In this document: piece by piece, positions 1-13,070 of the stretch | How positions within the stretch are numbered: the first letter of the stretch is position 1 | Layout of the letters: the number at the start of each line of letters is the position of its first letter | From: Pavona decussata | Taxonomy: Eukaryota | Assembly (NCBI GenBank): GCA_977016875.1 | Contig: CDRNST010000054.1 | Location: 1,612,001 to 1,676,000, forward strand | Direction: 5' to 3' | Length of the DNA: 64,000 bases | Notes under the pieces: generated by a model | What the model was told of the DNA's origin: nothing | Database searches by the model: none | What the model saw: only the letters and a program-made list of their open reading frames with translations | Made by a program: the position numbers and the translations under genes

Positions 1-306
1 GGATCTTCTTCAACAACCACCGATGAACAGTGGAAATCCACGCTGGACTTTGTCAAATCGATCGCTGACCAATTCCCAGTGTCTGACATAGGGGCCCGCA
101 TTGGAGTGATATCCTTTGATACTACTCCAAGAGTTGGGTTTGCATTCGATGCCTTATCTGGCCCTCAGCTAAATAACTTTGAAGTCCGAAGATTGATAGA
201 CAGCGTTCCCTACGGTAATGGCCCTACCAGAATTGACCGTGCCTTGAAGCTTGCCAGCACATTCCTCTTCACACCTGAAGGCGGAGCAAGAAAGAATTCA
301 ATGAAG
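1..306 (+). CDS. VWA1 N-half exon (5' truncated by the window)
   Basis: Open frame 1 GSSSTTTDEQWKSTLDFVK...TRIDRALKLA...GGARKNSMK; donor AAG|GTATAA, phase 0. Confidence 0.9.
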
Positions 307-1053
307 GTATAAACAGTGGCCTTCTTATTTTGGAACATAGAAAGAATTTTAATCCTTAACTCAAAAAATATTGGTTGAGTTAAAATGTGTAAGCAGTCCG
401 GAATTCTGTTTTGTAAAATATCGAATAATACAGCCCCACCAAACAGCTTCGTTTTCCACAGAGACAAACATTACAATTATGTTACGATAGTTGCCATCAT
501 CATCGTTATTGTCATCATGATCATCATTGTCAATTATTTTCTTGAATAGGTTAATATATACAACTCTGAAATCAATGAATGAAATAGGAGTGAACTTAAA
601 CCAAATGGTTCGCTTTCACAATCTAATTGACACGCTTGTTTCCCAAATAACTTCTGTGAGTAATCTGTAAACAAATTATACTATTGCAAAACAAGGGCAT
701 CGTGAGCAATTACTAGACCTAGAAATGTTCTTACTCACAGGAATTCACAATGAGACGTCTCCGATTTGAGCTTACGGAATAGGGTTGATTTCTTTGAGTA
801 AATATTTGTGAGACCTTGTTTTGTTCTTGTTGTTCAAGCAAGTGCATGCAGTCGTATTGACTTATTGTTTATGTTTGTCATGGCGACATAACAAATACGG
901 TGATTGACTGAAATCTGCTTTAGTGGTCGCTTGAGGAAGGTCGTTCCCTCCTTAAGAAAGATATTCTACTAGAATTTCAATCGTTCTTGTTTTTCCTTTA
1001 CTTTTGACTTAAAAAGTCGTAAGGACACTTAATCAAATTCCTCTTTTTTGCAG

Positions 1054-1306
1054 CTACTATTTGTAATTACTGACTCTGGACAAGCCCCCGATCAAAAGCC
1101 GTCAACACCACTTGACCAAGCTTCTCAGCCTCTGAAGGACAGAGGAGTTCAGATATATGCTCTTGCTATTGGAGGAATGGTTCCTGAAGAGAACTTACGA
1201 GACATTACCTCAAAACCACAGAACATTTTTACTCCTGCAAACTCTGTTGATGATCTACCTCAGCGTCAGCCCAGAATAGTAGATGACTGGAAAACATACT
1301 TGAGAG
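1054..1306 (+). CDS. VWA1 C-half exon
   Basis: ttttgcag|LLFVITDS...LKDRGVQIYALAIG...G|GTTAG. Confidence 0.9.
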
Positions 1307-1846
1307 GTTAGAAAAGTCATTTTGAATTTTGTAATCAGTGTAACTGAATGATTAGCTCTGTTAACCTACTGATATTTTGTCACATGTTGGAAAGAATAGG
1401 TTAAAGATGCTTGAAAGAAGTGTGTGGTACCATGATAGCTCGATTTTTAGAGAAACTAAAATTGTAATTCATTTGCTTGTATCTCTTTAGTTCAAACTTT
1501 TAAAGACTTTTGTCTGGTTATTGTTTCGGGACGTGGAAAACGAAATTGTTCCAAACATAGCACTCTTCCTTTTATGATTCAGCCACAGCATATTTATGTC
1601 TCAACTTTAAGACACATTTGGAACGATCTGTTGGCGCATGTTGTAGTTCCAATGAATGGTCCTGTGATATCAAGGGAAAACTAATGAATATGGTTCGATT
1701 GGAACAGAACATTTTGGTGATAAGGAGATAGCATGATAACAAGCTTGAAATTCATGGACATGAACATAAATGGACGGTTAGTTTTGTAAACCCATTATTC
1801 TCCCAAATTCTTGTTAGATCTCTAGTTTGTTTTCTTTCTTTTGAAG

Positions 1847-2187
1847 ATCGCTGGGCAGGTGTAGACATTGGTTTTGTAGTGGAGGCTTCAGACAATGTGA
1901 CACCAGAGCTATGGACAAACTTCCTGAACATTGTAAAGAGGACAGTAGACCGTTTCCATGTTGCGCCAAGGTCTGCAAACATTGGAATGGTCACTTTTGG
2001 AGACAGTTCCAATGTGGTGTTTAACTTCAATACTCTACCTGATGAAATACTTAACAACTTTGAGGTAAAACGACTTGTGGATAAAGCCACACTGCAGGAC
2101 GGAGCACCTAGACTCGACCGTGGTCTCAAGACAGCTTACAAGTCCGTGTTTACGGAGGAAAATGGCATGAGAAGGTGGCTGCCTAAG
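1847..2187 (+). CDS. VWA2 N-half exon
   Basis: tttgaag|DRWAGVDIGFVVEASD...GMRRWLPK|GTGTG. Confidence 0.9.
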
Positions 2188-2744
2188 GTGTGTTTTTGTG
2201 CAGTGATTTATAGTTTATTTTCAATGACGGGCAGTAACTGCCAGGGTGTTAGCACATTTTTTTGTTTCTAAAGTACACAATACTTATCTCAAGACCGTCA
2301 TACCTCCTGTTAAAGGTAAGCCTCCTATTTATAAATTCCTTAATAGACAGCTCATATCAAAACGTAGTAGTGTTCCTTCTAACACAACAACTAAGTTGGG
2401 TAAGAACCACTTCTGCATGTGTATTATTAATTTGAAAAGCATCACTTAAAAATCTTGAGATAGTGCTCTGGTTTGGCTACAAGTACCATATTTATTCATT
2501 GAAACTTTTCTAGGGACCAAAGTTTACTTCTTCTTGTCATGTGTGTTGGAAAATGCTTATGACTGTTTTTGGTTTGTTCTGTCTTTGAAATTTCACCTGT
2601 TGTCTGTCCTTCCATTTTTAAGAGTATTTACTGAATGCACATGTGTCTGGCTCACCTATGCGTTTAGAACAATGTAGACCAAAAGGCATCAAATGCCCTG
2701 TGAGATGTCCTCTCATGAGTATTTCGGATATAACTTTGTTGCAG

Positions 2745-2997
2745 CTCCTTTTCGTGATAACAGCAAGTGCACTGAGTAGTTCTCCCGGGCAATTCACACC
2801 TCTGGCCACAGCATCCCAACCTTTAAAAGACAATGGAATACAAGTTTATGTACTTGGCGTGGGACCTGATGTTGATGACCAGGAGCTGAATGATGTAGCA
2901 TCGCGTCCACAAAATGTTTACAGGGAGTCTGCTGGCCGCTTAGCAAACTTTGGGCCAGCACTTTGGGACAGCTGGAAAGACTACATAAGCAAAAGAG
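2745..2997 (+). CDS. VWA2 C-half exon
   Basis: ttgcag|LLFVIT...LKDNGIQVYVLGVG...KR G|GTAAA. Confidence 0.9.
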
Positions 2998-3314
2998 GTA
3001 AAAATTGGGGGTAAAAATGTGTTTGTAAAGTACTTTTCTTGGCCTTCAAACTGAATTGTCGTTACCTGTCATAAAATAAAACTAAAACTAAACTAAGAGT
3101 TCTTCTTGCTGTGCTAAAAGATTCAGTTGCTGAAGATAAAGCCCATGACATAGACATTGGCATATACCTCCCTTACCTAAATAGTATAGTAAATTCATGA
3201 TCACTTTTCCAACATACTGTGGCATTCATGTTTGGCGTGACTTTCCACACACCAATTGTAGATGATTAAGCAGAGCGCTTTCTGTTGAATGCTTAGCTAA
3301 TTGTCAGTTTTTAA

Positions 3315-3690
3315 AGGGGTACTGTCACGGAGATTCTGTTGTATTTTGGTCAAACCTGCTCAAACATTTGACAAAGAGCCTCTTCTGTAACTTGAAATTA
3401 CTCTTAGAGCACCAGGAGGAATAGGTGAACTGATTTCCTCGAGGAAGAATAAACTATAATAACTATTATCAGTTTCCAGCGATTTCTCAAGAATACACAG
3501 GAAGAACCAATTTTTTCAAGTTGCAATCCATTTCCATCCAAGCCATCTGCAGCTAGAGATGATTGATACTAGTTTCTACGAACTAGTAGGGTTACTGTTA
3601 ACGACATTGGACAATTTTTAAACGTTTCCGTTGACACAAATTAGTATTTGGGCTATTCAAAGTGACAGTAAAATAGGCGACGCTGCTCCT
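3315..3690. mobile_element. Non-autonomous TTAA-target DNA transposon (Kolobok/piggyBac-like MITE)
   Basis: TTAA|AGGGGTACTGTCA ... CGACGCTGCTCCT|TTAA; imperfect TIRs. Confidence 0.5.
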
Positions 3691-3883
3691 TTAAATCAAA
3701 TTGTTGAACTTGAAGGAGTTTTTATTTTTTTTTGTCTGAAAGTGTGTTCAATCTGCCGCAAGTAAATACAGTGAACATCCTATAGTATGCAGGAATCTGG
3801 GTGGGTACAAATGTCTCATGGGTGCAAAACGATTGGATTCTCCAGTGGTAAGACTGGTTGTCAATAGACCCTATGCAGGAACT

Positions 3884-4015
3884 GCTGACATTTTTATATT
3901 CTTTTGTCTGCATTCAAATTAGCCTCATTAGTTTAAATATCAAAAGAATATTTTACCTTGGACGAGGCTAGTGAGGCTAATTTGAATACAGACAAAAGAA
4001 TATCAAAATGTCAGC
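3884..4015. repeat. Long hairpin, probably part of a MITE
   Basis: gctgacatttttatattcttttgtctgcattcaaattagcctca / tgaggctaatttgaatacagacaaaagaatatcaaaatgtcagc. Confidence 0.8.
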
Positions 4016-4273
4016 CATTTTTGGATTAGACGTGTATCTTCATGTCTACTTCTTCATTACTTCCACGCCATGTGATACTAATAAGGATAGTTTTGTACCA
4101 TGTGGTTTTATTGCCAAAATGCTATTTTGACACTTCCATTCTCCTCTCGAAGTCATACTCTGAATCAAGAAGTACTTGTTGTACCTTTTGTGTCTGTTGA
4201 CAAAATCGTCACGCGTGACCATTCAAGGAACGTTTCCTGCACTACTTTTCTATGCTCTATTCAGTTTACAAAA

Positions 4274-5119
4274 CAGGGTTAGAAACTTAAATTTCTCAGC
4301 ACTCAGGTTATACTTGCCCGGATACATTTTCACTCGCCAGATACTCCCTCCCCACCTCCCCCCCCCAAAAAAAATAGTAATAATAATTAAAATAAAATAA
4401 ATAAAATAAAGTACAAGAAAAAAACTTTGCTGTTGTTGTTGATAGTTTTTTCTTGGTGTTTTAGTTTATTGCAAGTACTGTTTTAGCTTACTATTAGGTT
4501 ACAGGTAGTTTAATTTTGCCAGAATCATTTTTTCGGCATCGTTCTTTAACATTTTCAGTGAAGACAACTTCCTTCTCGTCCTCCTCTTCTTCTCCATCTC
4601 GTCTTCTTGTAATCACTAGCATCTGCCTTTTGAGGAGTTTCTTTCTCAATCTTTTTGCTGTGAGTTTGAGATACTCCAGGAAAGCATCTCTACATTTTCA
4701 AATCAAACACGCGAGGGAAAAGGCTAGACTAGGAGCTCCCTGCACTAAACAGTCGCCAATCCATAATTCAGTCCATTTCTATCACCATCAGATTTTGTTC
4801 TCAGCAGCGTGGTTTGTTTATGAGCAGCAGTATCATGACTATTAATGGGTACTTCATGTAATTATTACTTGAACAGAAGCTATTTCTTTATTTACGAAAC
4901 AGAAAGTTTGCGTGTATGTGCCAGGTTTCTAAAGTTTTCAGATTGTGAAAAAGTACTTACGTTTAGATTAGATTTTGTCAAAAACTTTCAGTTACAGTTT
5001 TATTTTCCTGAAGATGAAAATTCTTCTCGCCAAACCGGGCGAGTAACCTGAGATTTCCACTCCCCCGATGGGCTTGAAACTCGCATTGGTGAGTGGGCAA
5101 GCACTACTTTCCAACCCTG
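4274..5119. mobile_element. Non-autonomous TIR DNA transposon
   Basis: Ends CAGGGTTAGAAA / TTTCCAACCCTG, flanked on both sides by CAAAA; subterminal ctcaggtta / taacctgag. Confidence 0.55.
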
Positions 5120-5476
5120 CAAAATGGTAGTTTACCCTGTTTTGAGCATGGATACTCCTGGGAATAAAAAGGAGTTAGGTATCAACCCAGTCCCTAATTG
5201 GGATTTGCAGAGGGCATGTGGGTACTAATCTTAAAACTTTTTTTTAATTTTTTTTTCTATTAACTAATCTAAAAACCTTCTTGTTGAGGGGTATGGGTAT
5301 TTTTCTGCAACAAGGCAATCTTACTTGGCATATGGAGCATCACCCATGAAAAGACTAAAAGGGAGAAAGGGTGAATCAATGAGCCTTTTCTGGGATAGAT
5401 TGTTTCACTGTTAAGGTGTTTACTCTCACCTTCAGTTACTTCAATTCTAACTCTTTCCAAATTGTTGTCTTCTTAG

Positions 5477-5817
5477 GTCGGTATCCTGCAGCAGATGTAG
5501 CATTCCTCCTGGGTTCATCCCCACGCACAACACCCCAGACGTGGACTGCATTCCAGACCTTTGCAAAGACAGTGGTAGACACATTAGGTGCATCTCCAGA
5601 TGGCGTGCGTTACAGTGCAGTTGCATTTAACTCCGAACCTCGTGTCATTTTCCGGTTCAACACTCTGCAAGGACCTCAGTACACACAGGACAATGTGAAG
5701 CAACGTATTGATGAGATGAGGTATACACAAGGGGCTACTCGTATCGACAAGGCTGTGGATCTTGCAAACAACGTTTTGTTCAGACCTGAGTCTGGCGCAA
5801 GAAAAGATGTCCCACAA
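5477..5817 (+). CDS. VWA3 N-half exon
   Basis: ttcttag|RYPAADVAFLLGSS...TRIDKAV...GARKDVPQ|GTAAGT. Confidence 0.9.
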
Positions 5818-6468
5818 GTAAGTGGATTATACATAATTACACCGAATAATTCGTGACTTCTCGTTAATTTTACTACATATACAGACTTTCACTTAAAGTC
5901 CAGGTCACACATGAATTTCCACGTAAATTCAATAAATCCCATCTGTTGAAAGAGTTTACTTAGAAAATATGGGCAACATACTGCCATCATCACCGTCATC
6001 ACCAAGACCACCACCATCATCATCACCAATGATTCTGTCATCATCAGTCAGCTATTGTCCAGATACTTTAGTCCTAGGCGGCATAATGATTCCGTCATAA
6101 TCGGTCAGCTGTTGTCCAAATGCTTTGGTCTTATGCAGCTGGCGTTATATCAACAACCAATAGAAGGGCACTCAGGTTTATCTACTCTACTTCGTAGGTT
6201 GGACGTCTGTTGATGTTCAAATCACAGTTGTGCAGTGGTATCTGTTTTGCTTACCTTCCTCGCTAGTACACAGCTTAACATCATGCCCAGGAATCTGTTA
6301 AAATGTTATTATAATCTCTGAAGAAATCGCCAGATAAAACAATATGATGAAAACTTTGTCATCCTGCAACAAGCTTATCACTTTGATCATATCTTGCTCC
6401 TAATTTTTGTAATTTGTAATTTTTCTCTAGCATGTTCCACGTGTGATAAGCTCATTCTTTTGTTTCAG

Positions 6469-6733
6469 TTGGTAATTATATTGGTTGATGGGCCACAAGC
6501 TGAAGACCAGGTCCCTTACATTCCTTTATCTAAAGCATCACAGCCATTGAGGGATCGTGATATTGCTATTTATGCTGTTGGTGCATTGCCCTTCGCATCT
6601 GAGGAAGAGCTGCAAGACCTAACCTCTGACAAGGAAAGGGTATTCCTTTATCCTGTAGATGAACTTCCTAGACGTACACCACAGGTTCTCAATCAATGGT
6701 TTGACACTTGGTTAACTAGATGGCGTCCTAAAG
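6469..6733 (+). CDS. VWA3 C-half exon
   Basis: tttcag|LVIILVDG...IAIYAVG...RWRPK G|GTAAC. Confidence 0.9.
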
Positions 6734-7876
6734 GTAACGAGGCTATGTTCTATGACATTCAGCTTTTCAACATTTACCATATTCCTATAAGCAATGGAAA
6801 CCTCCATGGATTTATTGTTCTCACAAGGAAAGGGAATTTCGCTTGTTACGGAATTACATGCGTGTGTTACTACAAGTTGTCACTGAAAACCCCTGTTAGG
6901 GGCTGGAGTGTCGTCGATAAAAGTATTGTGTTGTATGGTGTCAGTTTCTCTTTGCAGGGGCTGTAATAATATCAGGCTTTAATTTCTATCCGGTTGCACT
7001 ACGCACTACCGTGCAGGTTGAGAGGCACATTTTGAGGAGTATTTCAATAAAGACTATCTGAAAGATTTCTTTGTATAATATTAGTTGTAAAATTTAAGGA
7101 TAGACCTGAACATCATCTGGCTATTATTAATTATAAAAAGGTCAAAACAGTTTTTCAAAGTAAGTCGACTTTCTCTGCATTTTAAAGTGTATGACAAAGT
7201 CGTTCTCGTGTTTCTGGTTACCAGTGATTTGTTTGGTTGATAATGACATAGCTATATCTAGAGTAAAAGGAATTTTTAAATTCCTTTTAAAAATTTAATG
7301 TTTTTGTTCACTAAGTGAAGTGTTTTGAAATGGGCAATAAAAACCAATAGGTTACCTTGAGAACCAATCAACCCCATTATTTAATTCAATTGCTTACAAT
7401 GTCAACTTTAAGATATACACCTTTAAATTCAGTTCTTGATATATTTCATGGAAACAGTAATTACAGAAATGTCGCAAAAAGTCATATGTAATATGTTCAT
7501 ATCACTGAATGCACAAAACAATTAATTTGGCAGAAAGGCACACTATCACCTTCTAATTAAAAATTGTTCATGTATGATTTTGTTTCCACAAGTGTTAGGC
7601 AAGTTCACATGTCTACTGCTAGCTTATTTTACAGACGTGTTAAATACTCTTTCAACACCGATAACTTCTTGTTGAAAAAAAAAATGCCACGAAAGAAAGT
7701 TCACGATGCTCCTTAAGAAGAAAATAACTATTAATTTATTGACTGAGCTTAGAATCAAGGAAAGCCGTTTTTATTTTAAACGTGCATAGTAATTGTGTGA
7801 TAAGTTATGCGCAGTGCATGGGCAATATGATTACATGGAATCATGTTAACACTCTAAACTTTTTTGTTGCCGCTAG

Positions 7877-8083
7877 CTCCTTCTGATACTGAGTGTAGAC
7901 AAGAATATCAAACGGCATTGCAAAACTATGTGATGGGTCGTTATGTACCACGCTGCAGACCAGATGGCAGCTATGAACCCCTTCAGTGTCGCACCTCGGT
8001 CTGTTTCTGCGTTGATAGATACGGAAAAGAGATTCCAGGGAGTCGAAAGTCTGCATTCAGCCCTCCAAACTGCCTCAAGTTTG
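7877..8083 (+). CDS. Thyroglobulin type-1 repeat 1
   Basis: C..YVPRCRPDGSYEPLQC...CFCVDRYGKEI..C; phase 1-1 exon. Confidence 0.9.
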
Positions 8084-8222
8084 GTATGTATGACGTTTTT
8101 GGATTTTAATGTGGAAACACTGAGTAATAACTCATGCAGAAGTCCTAGAGGGGATTCATGTAAATTGGGGGTACTTGTACGGAATTTAGACAGGAACCCC
8201 TTAAACATACCAGAATCGTATA

Positions 8223-9247
8223 CGGTCGAACCTCCCGTAAGCGGCCACCCATAATGTCAAGGATATGTGGTCGCTTACGGGAGGTGGTCGCTTACCAGAG
8301 GTCAGACCACAGGGGGTCTAAATTTTGCGAAATTTACATATTGCTTATCAAAACCCATAGTGATAACTTTTCTTAGCTACAAGTATATTAAGACTGGTCC
8401 CAAATTATTCTAGCCAAAAAATCTTATGGTGTATGGTGATTATTGTTTGTATCTCACAAATTACTTAATACGGTGATTGAGACAATTCTTGTGAAAGAAA
8501 CTTGACTCTTTTATTACTCCAGGTGGCGCTGCCTAAAATTTTTAGGGCCTGACAGAACATAAGCAAAAAGTTAACAACTCTTTTATAGAACCTGTGATGT
8601 ACGTGGTTACAAGCATTAAAAACACCAGCAGCCCTGTAGGTTGCAAAACAATCCCACACTTGTGCATCGATAAGTTTGGAGCTAACAATAAACTGCTGTG
8701 GGACAGTTTCAATGTGCTTTATTCTCTCAGAGGCCGCACGTGTCAATTTAGTTAAGAGCTTAAAACGTTGTTACACACTGCATGACAGCTCAACACGCAG
8801 GACTCTCCTACAAGGGATTCAATCTGATTAAAGCTTATTTCAGTGTACATTATAGTGCACGTGTATTTATCAATATTATTGTTTCACTGAATGCTAAGCT
8901 ATATCGGGAGACACTTCCGGTAACTCCGACTGTGAGATTTACGGCGTCCGCTGTAATGATGTGGAAGTGGCCAATATGTTACAGCGACACATTTTTCAAT
9001 TTCTGCCCGTGAGGGATACAACAGATCATGTGTCAAGTGGTCGCCTACAGGAGGTTGAAAGCAATTGAAAATTTTAAACAATCATCTCTAAAAGTGGTAG
9101 TTACGAGAGGTGGTCGCTTACGAGAGGTGGTCGCCTACGAGGTTCCATCTATAGTGATTTGACTTGAAAACTTTGGTATTTTGGGAAAGTAGCCGTTAAT
9201 GAGAGGTGGTCGCTTACGAGAGGTGGTTGCAAAGGGAGGTTCGACTG
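8223..9247. mobile_element. Tc1/mariner-pogo-type MITE
   Basis: TA|CGGTCGAACCTCCC ... GGGAGGTTCGACTG|TA; multiple subterminal GAGGTGGTCGCTTACG repeats. Confidence 0.85.
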
Positions 9248-10050
9248 TATATGTAACAAATTCTCAGTAATAAGGACAACTCTGTTGGTGGTCGTGTTAG
9301 AGCTCAACGCTTAAAGTGATACCAAACTTTTTTAGGGGCCCGAGATAATACTTGCCTGGTCAGTGGCAGCTATTTATCTCCAAATTGGAGATTTTTGCGC
9401 GTAGAATTAAATTGTATGACTGACGTACTGAATTTGTTCAGTAACAACGATCTTTTTAAGCATGCAGCACATATAGCTTTTACCAAAATAAAGGGCCAGT
9501 TATTTAAACAGTCTTACGTAGGCAGCGGGTTAAGACAATCAGTGGGCCTCGCAATCTGTTCATAAGTGGTTGAGTTTAAGTAGATAAATAGTTTTCTAGT
9601 CTGGTATGAAAGCCTTCTTGCTTCTGTCAGCAGCAGACAATGTTTAGATATGACTGTTGGCAAAATTGAAAACGACTTAGAATGTGGTTTTGTTAAACAC
9701 CGTCTAAACTGTCTTTTAATAACTGACCCAAAATGTTTTGATGCAAGCTATAATCACCTCTTGCGATGACGACCTCTTCTCAAAATGACACAGTAGCTAC
9801 ATTATATTTAGGGATAGATTGTTATAATTTACCTAACGCCATATATGTTGCTGTCCTATAGCAGTATGGAACATGTTTCTCATGGATGTTGTAAAATAAT
9901 GATCTAACTTGCCACGAGTCTCCCCGTAGCTGAGTGGTTCCACCATCCATGCCGGCTTTGGAAAGTAAAAGACCAGACTCCCGTTGGGAATCTTTATTTT
10001 TTTTTTAACAATTAACTTTGTATTGAGGTTTTGTTTATCATGATTTCCAG

Positions 10051-10254
10051 TTGATCCACCATCTGAGTGCCAGAAAAAGTACAAGCAGGCAGTGGCCAAT
10101 CGTCTTTATACACAAGGCGGAAAAATGCCCAGGTGTATGCCAGATGGAACCTACGATGAAGTGCAGTGTTGTCCGAGTGGTTATTGCTGGTGTAGTAACA
10201 GCTCTGGATCAGTATATGGTGTAACAAGGGGATGGCCCTCATGTGCCACTGGAG
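10051..10254 (+). CDS. Thyroglobulin type-1 repeat 2 (not in ORF track)
   Basis: ttccag|DPPSECQKKYKQAVANRLYTQGGKMPRCMPDGTYDEVQCCPSGYCWCSNSSGSVYGVTRGWPSCATG|GTTTG. Confidence 0.88.
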
Positions 10255-10892
10255 GTTTGTTTTATTGTTAAACGAATGGCTAAAGGCTTGCAATGCGTGG
10301 GTTGAGATGTGGAAAAAGTCCTGATTTTTGCCCTTCTATGCAGCTTTTCATAATGCTAATAATTTTTGAGTTGGCCACTGAATTTGTTTGAACAAGAGGA
10401 ATGAGAGCTCTTCGTAAAAAAAACCCTTGAACTTGTTCCATGGGTAGACTAAAACACGATAGACATTGTGACTGAATAAATTTTAACCTTTTAACCTTTC
10501 TAAGTGAAATATTACACTACAGTATTAAACAGTGCAGCATTTGTTTAAGAGAGGATTCTTCACTTCACAGAGTGCCTCTTTTTGCAACCTGTGCTTGAGA
10601 ACCTTTTCACCTGCTTCTGATCAGGTCTGACTCTAAGGTTGTATTTGATCTTAGAAGAACACCGGGAAGCTGGGCATTTTAGTATGTGTTGTCAGTTAAA
10701 GCACTTCTTTCTTGCTTGTAGTCTCTGTTCCATCTATTTTGGGTGTCGTATCTCGTTCGCGTGGTTCTTATCCATGCAATGTTAAAACTTTAACTAAAAC
10801 GATGAAACAGTCTATTCAAAACATACGTTGCATGAAAATTCCTCTCATATACCAAAATATGAATACTTAAACAATTCACGTGTTGTCTGTAG

Positions 10893-11105
10893 GTAAGCCA
10901 CAGACACCTTGCCAAGAACAGTACCAAAAAGCATACTACACAGCTCCTTCTGGTGACAGGTACATTCCTCATTGTACCCCGGATGGAAAGTACTTCCCTG
11001 TACAGTGTGACGCTTCTGTTTGCTTCTGTGTGGACCAGCAGGGAACAGAAATCAAGAAGACAGCTAAGCTGCTTCCAGAATTTCCATCCTGTGATGCTAC
11101 ACCAG
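10893..11105 (+). CDS. Thyroglobulin type-1 repeat 3
   Basis: PCQEQY..YIPHCTPDGKYFPVQC...CFCVDQQG..C; G|GTAAAC donor. Confidence 0.9.
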
Positions 11106-11510
11106 GTAAACATGACAGTTTTCCATCATACATTTCCTCTGAGACAACCAAATTCAATTTCAAATTGCCTTTATCTTAATAATTGGTCAGTTTGAATTAT
11201 GGATGTTTCAAAATGTCTTTGAAAGAACATGGTTTTTATATATGAGCATGCACTTGGTAAAGGCCGTTTACATAGTGAGTGACATTCACTGTTAATTAGA
11301 AGTAAGCAACCAAGATGCATTCCTTACAAAATCAATCAAACAAACAATCAAAGGTCATGTACTGTCATTTACACATTTTACGAAACCCTACAGTGCAGAA
11401 TACACATTGTAATTTTGAGGAGTAAAAGTTTCATGGTGGTGTTGTTAAGTCAATGTTGCCATAGCTATCAGTGGAATTTTAATTCTGCCATTTTTGATAT
11501 TTATCTGTAG

Positions 11511-11714
11511 CTCTTCCCCTGTCACCATGTCAGAGAGAAAGGTTATCAGCCACCGAGAAACATGTATTAGGACGGTGGGTTCCACAGTGCCAGGAAGATG
11601 GCTCTTACTACCCGGTCCAATGCACTACTGGCTGGGACTGTTGGTGCGTTGATGACGATGGAAGGGAAATTACTGGATCTCGAAGAAGAGGATGGCCAGA
11701 CTGTGACCCAACAG
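11511..11714 (+). CDS. Thyroglobulin type-1 repeat 4 (not in ORF track)
   Basis: ctgtag|LPLSPCQRERLSATEKHVLGRWVPQCQEDGSYYPVQCTTGWDCWCVDDDGREITGSRRRGWPDCDPT|GTAAA. Confidence 0.9.
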
Positions 11715-12447
11715 GTAAAAACGAGGCTACCTTCAACTAGCTAATCACAGTTTATAAGTTGGTCAGACTTTACCCGCTTTAATATGCTGCTTTTGCTTGT
11801 TCTCTAATGTATACGTTTAATGTTTAATGGTTTAATGTTTGTGGTGAATACTGAGGCGATGCTTTGTTTATTTTAACGTTGTTTGTGAAATCAAGTGACC
11901 AATCTTGAACCAATTTGGGTTGATATGTAAAACAGCAGGTAGCCATACGCCAATGAATGTTGACTCTTGTCACAAGTAGTATAAGGAATGAGCGTTCTAT
12001 GTCCGGTGTATCATGGTGGATCCATAACAGCAGTGTTGTCATAGCTCTGAATAGGTCAGTAGAGGCAAAATGGTGACGTCATTGTAGGAAACAATGGATC
12101 TGGACGGCTTGCCCCAGCTAGCCCAGATACAATAGAAAACTTCTTTTGTGGTTCATCGATACCTTGCTGCTAAATTGTGCATGTTAACTATGGTGGACAC
12201 AAACTATAAACACGCACACATAGATTTCACAATATGTATTAACTAAGTGTAGTTGTTGATCATTGAAGCCCATAAGTTGGGTCTGCTACTTGGTGTTACT
12301 AACTGGCTTGTGTTGGATGTAAATGATACTTTTAAGTTTTGCTTTCTTTGAACCCCAATTTGCTGGTGTTAGTTTGGGGTCACAAATCAAGATCTCATAG
12401 TCACGGAGGACTCCAGTGACATATATACCGTTTGTTTTTGTCAACAG

Positions 12448-12654
12448 TAAAGAGAACTACTGAATGCCGGAATCACTTCAAAACAGCATTACTACGCCTT
12501 CTTCCTGGTCGTTTTGTCCCTCGCTGTGGAGCAGATGGCAGCTATGATCAAACACAGTGCCTTGGGTCAATTTGTCTCTGTGTTGATGAACGTGGTATTG
12601 CAATCCCAGGAACATCAAAACCACGCTTTATTAAACCAAACTGCGAATCCCAGG
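12448..12654 (+). CDS. Thyroglobulin type-1 repeat 5
   Basis: TECRNHF..FVPRCGADGSYDQTQC..CLCVDERG..C; G|GTGAG donor. Confidence 0.9.
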
Positions 12655-12774
12655 GTGAGAAAGTAGTTCATCTTTCCTGTCAGTTTTTTACATGGAATGC
12701 CTGCAGGGCATGACGTGTCTAGGTTTCGGTCGGGTTTCGTCGTAGTCACAAATCGCCACATTAATTTATGCATT

Positions 12775-13070
12775 AAAATAATTTTTCCCCTGGTAGGGAT
12801 GTATTGTTCTGATTGTCTTCAACAAAAGCGGCCCAATCAAAATCTGTTATTTGGGCTCATATCACGAGAGAGGGGACCCACTCATCCCTTCCTGTGTGAC
12901 GTCAAATCATTATTTGATTTATTCATTAAACCTTGATTAAATTCTACCCTCTCCCAGGAGGGATTTATTTTTCTGATTGTCTTGAACAAAAACAGCCCAA
13001 TCAAAATCTATTATCGGCGCGTATATCACGAGGGAGGGGACCCACTTATCTCTACCTGTGTGACGTCAAA
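12775..13070 (+). repeat. ~160-bp tandem dimer of a dispersed repeat (inverted homolog at ~52810-52950)
   Basis: Two copies of ...ctgattgtctt..caaaa.c.gcccaatcaaaatct...ggggacccac...tgtgtgacgtcaaa. Confidence 0.7.
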
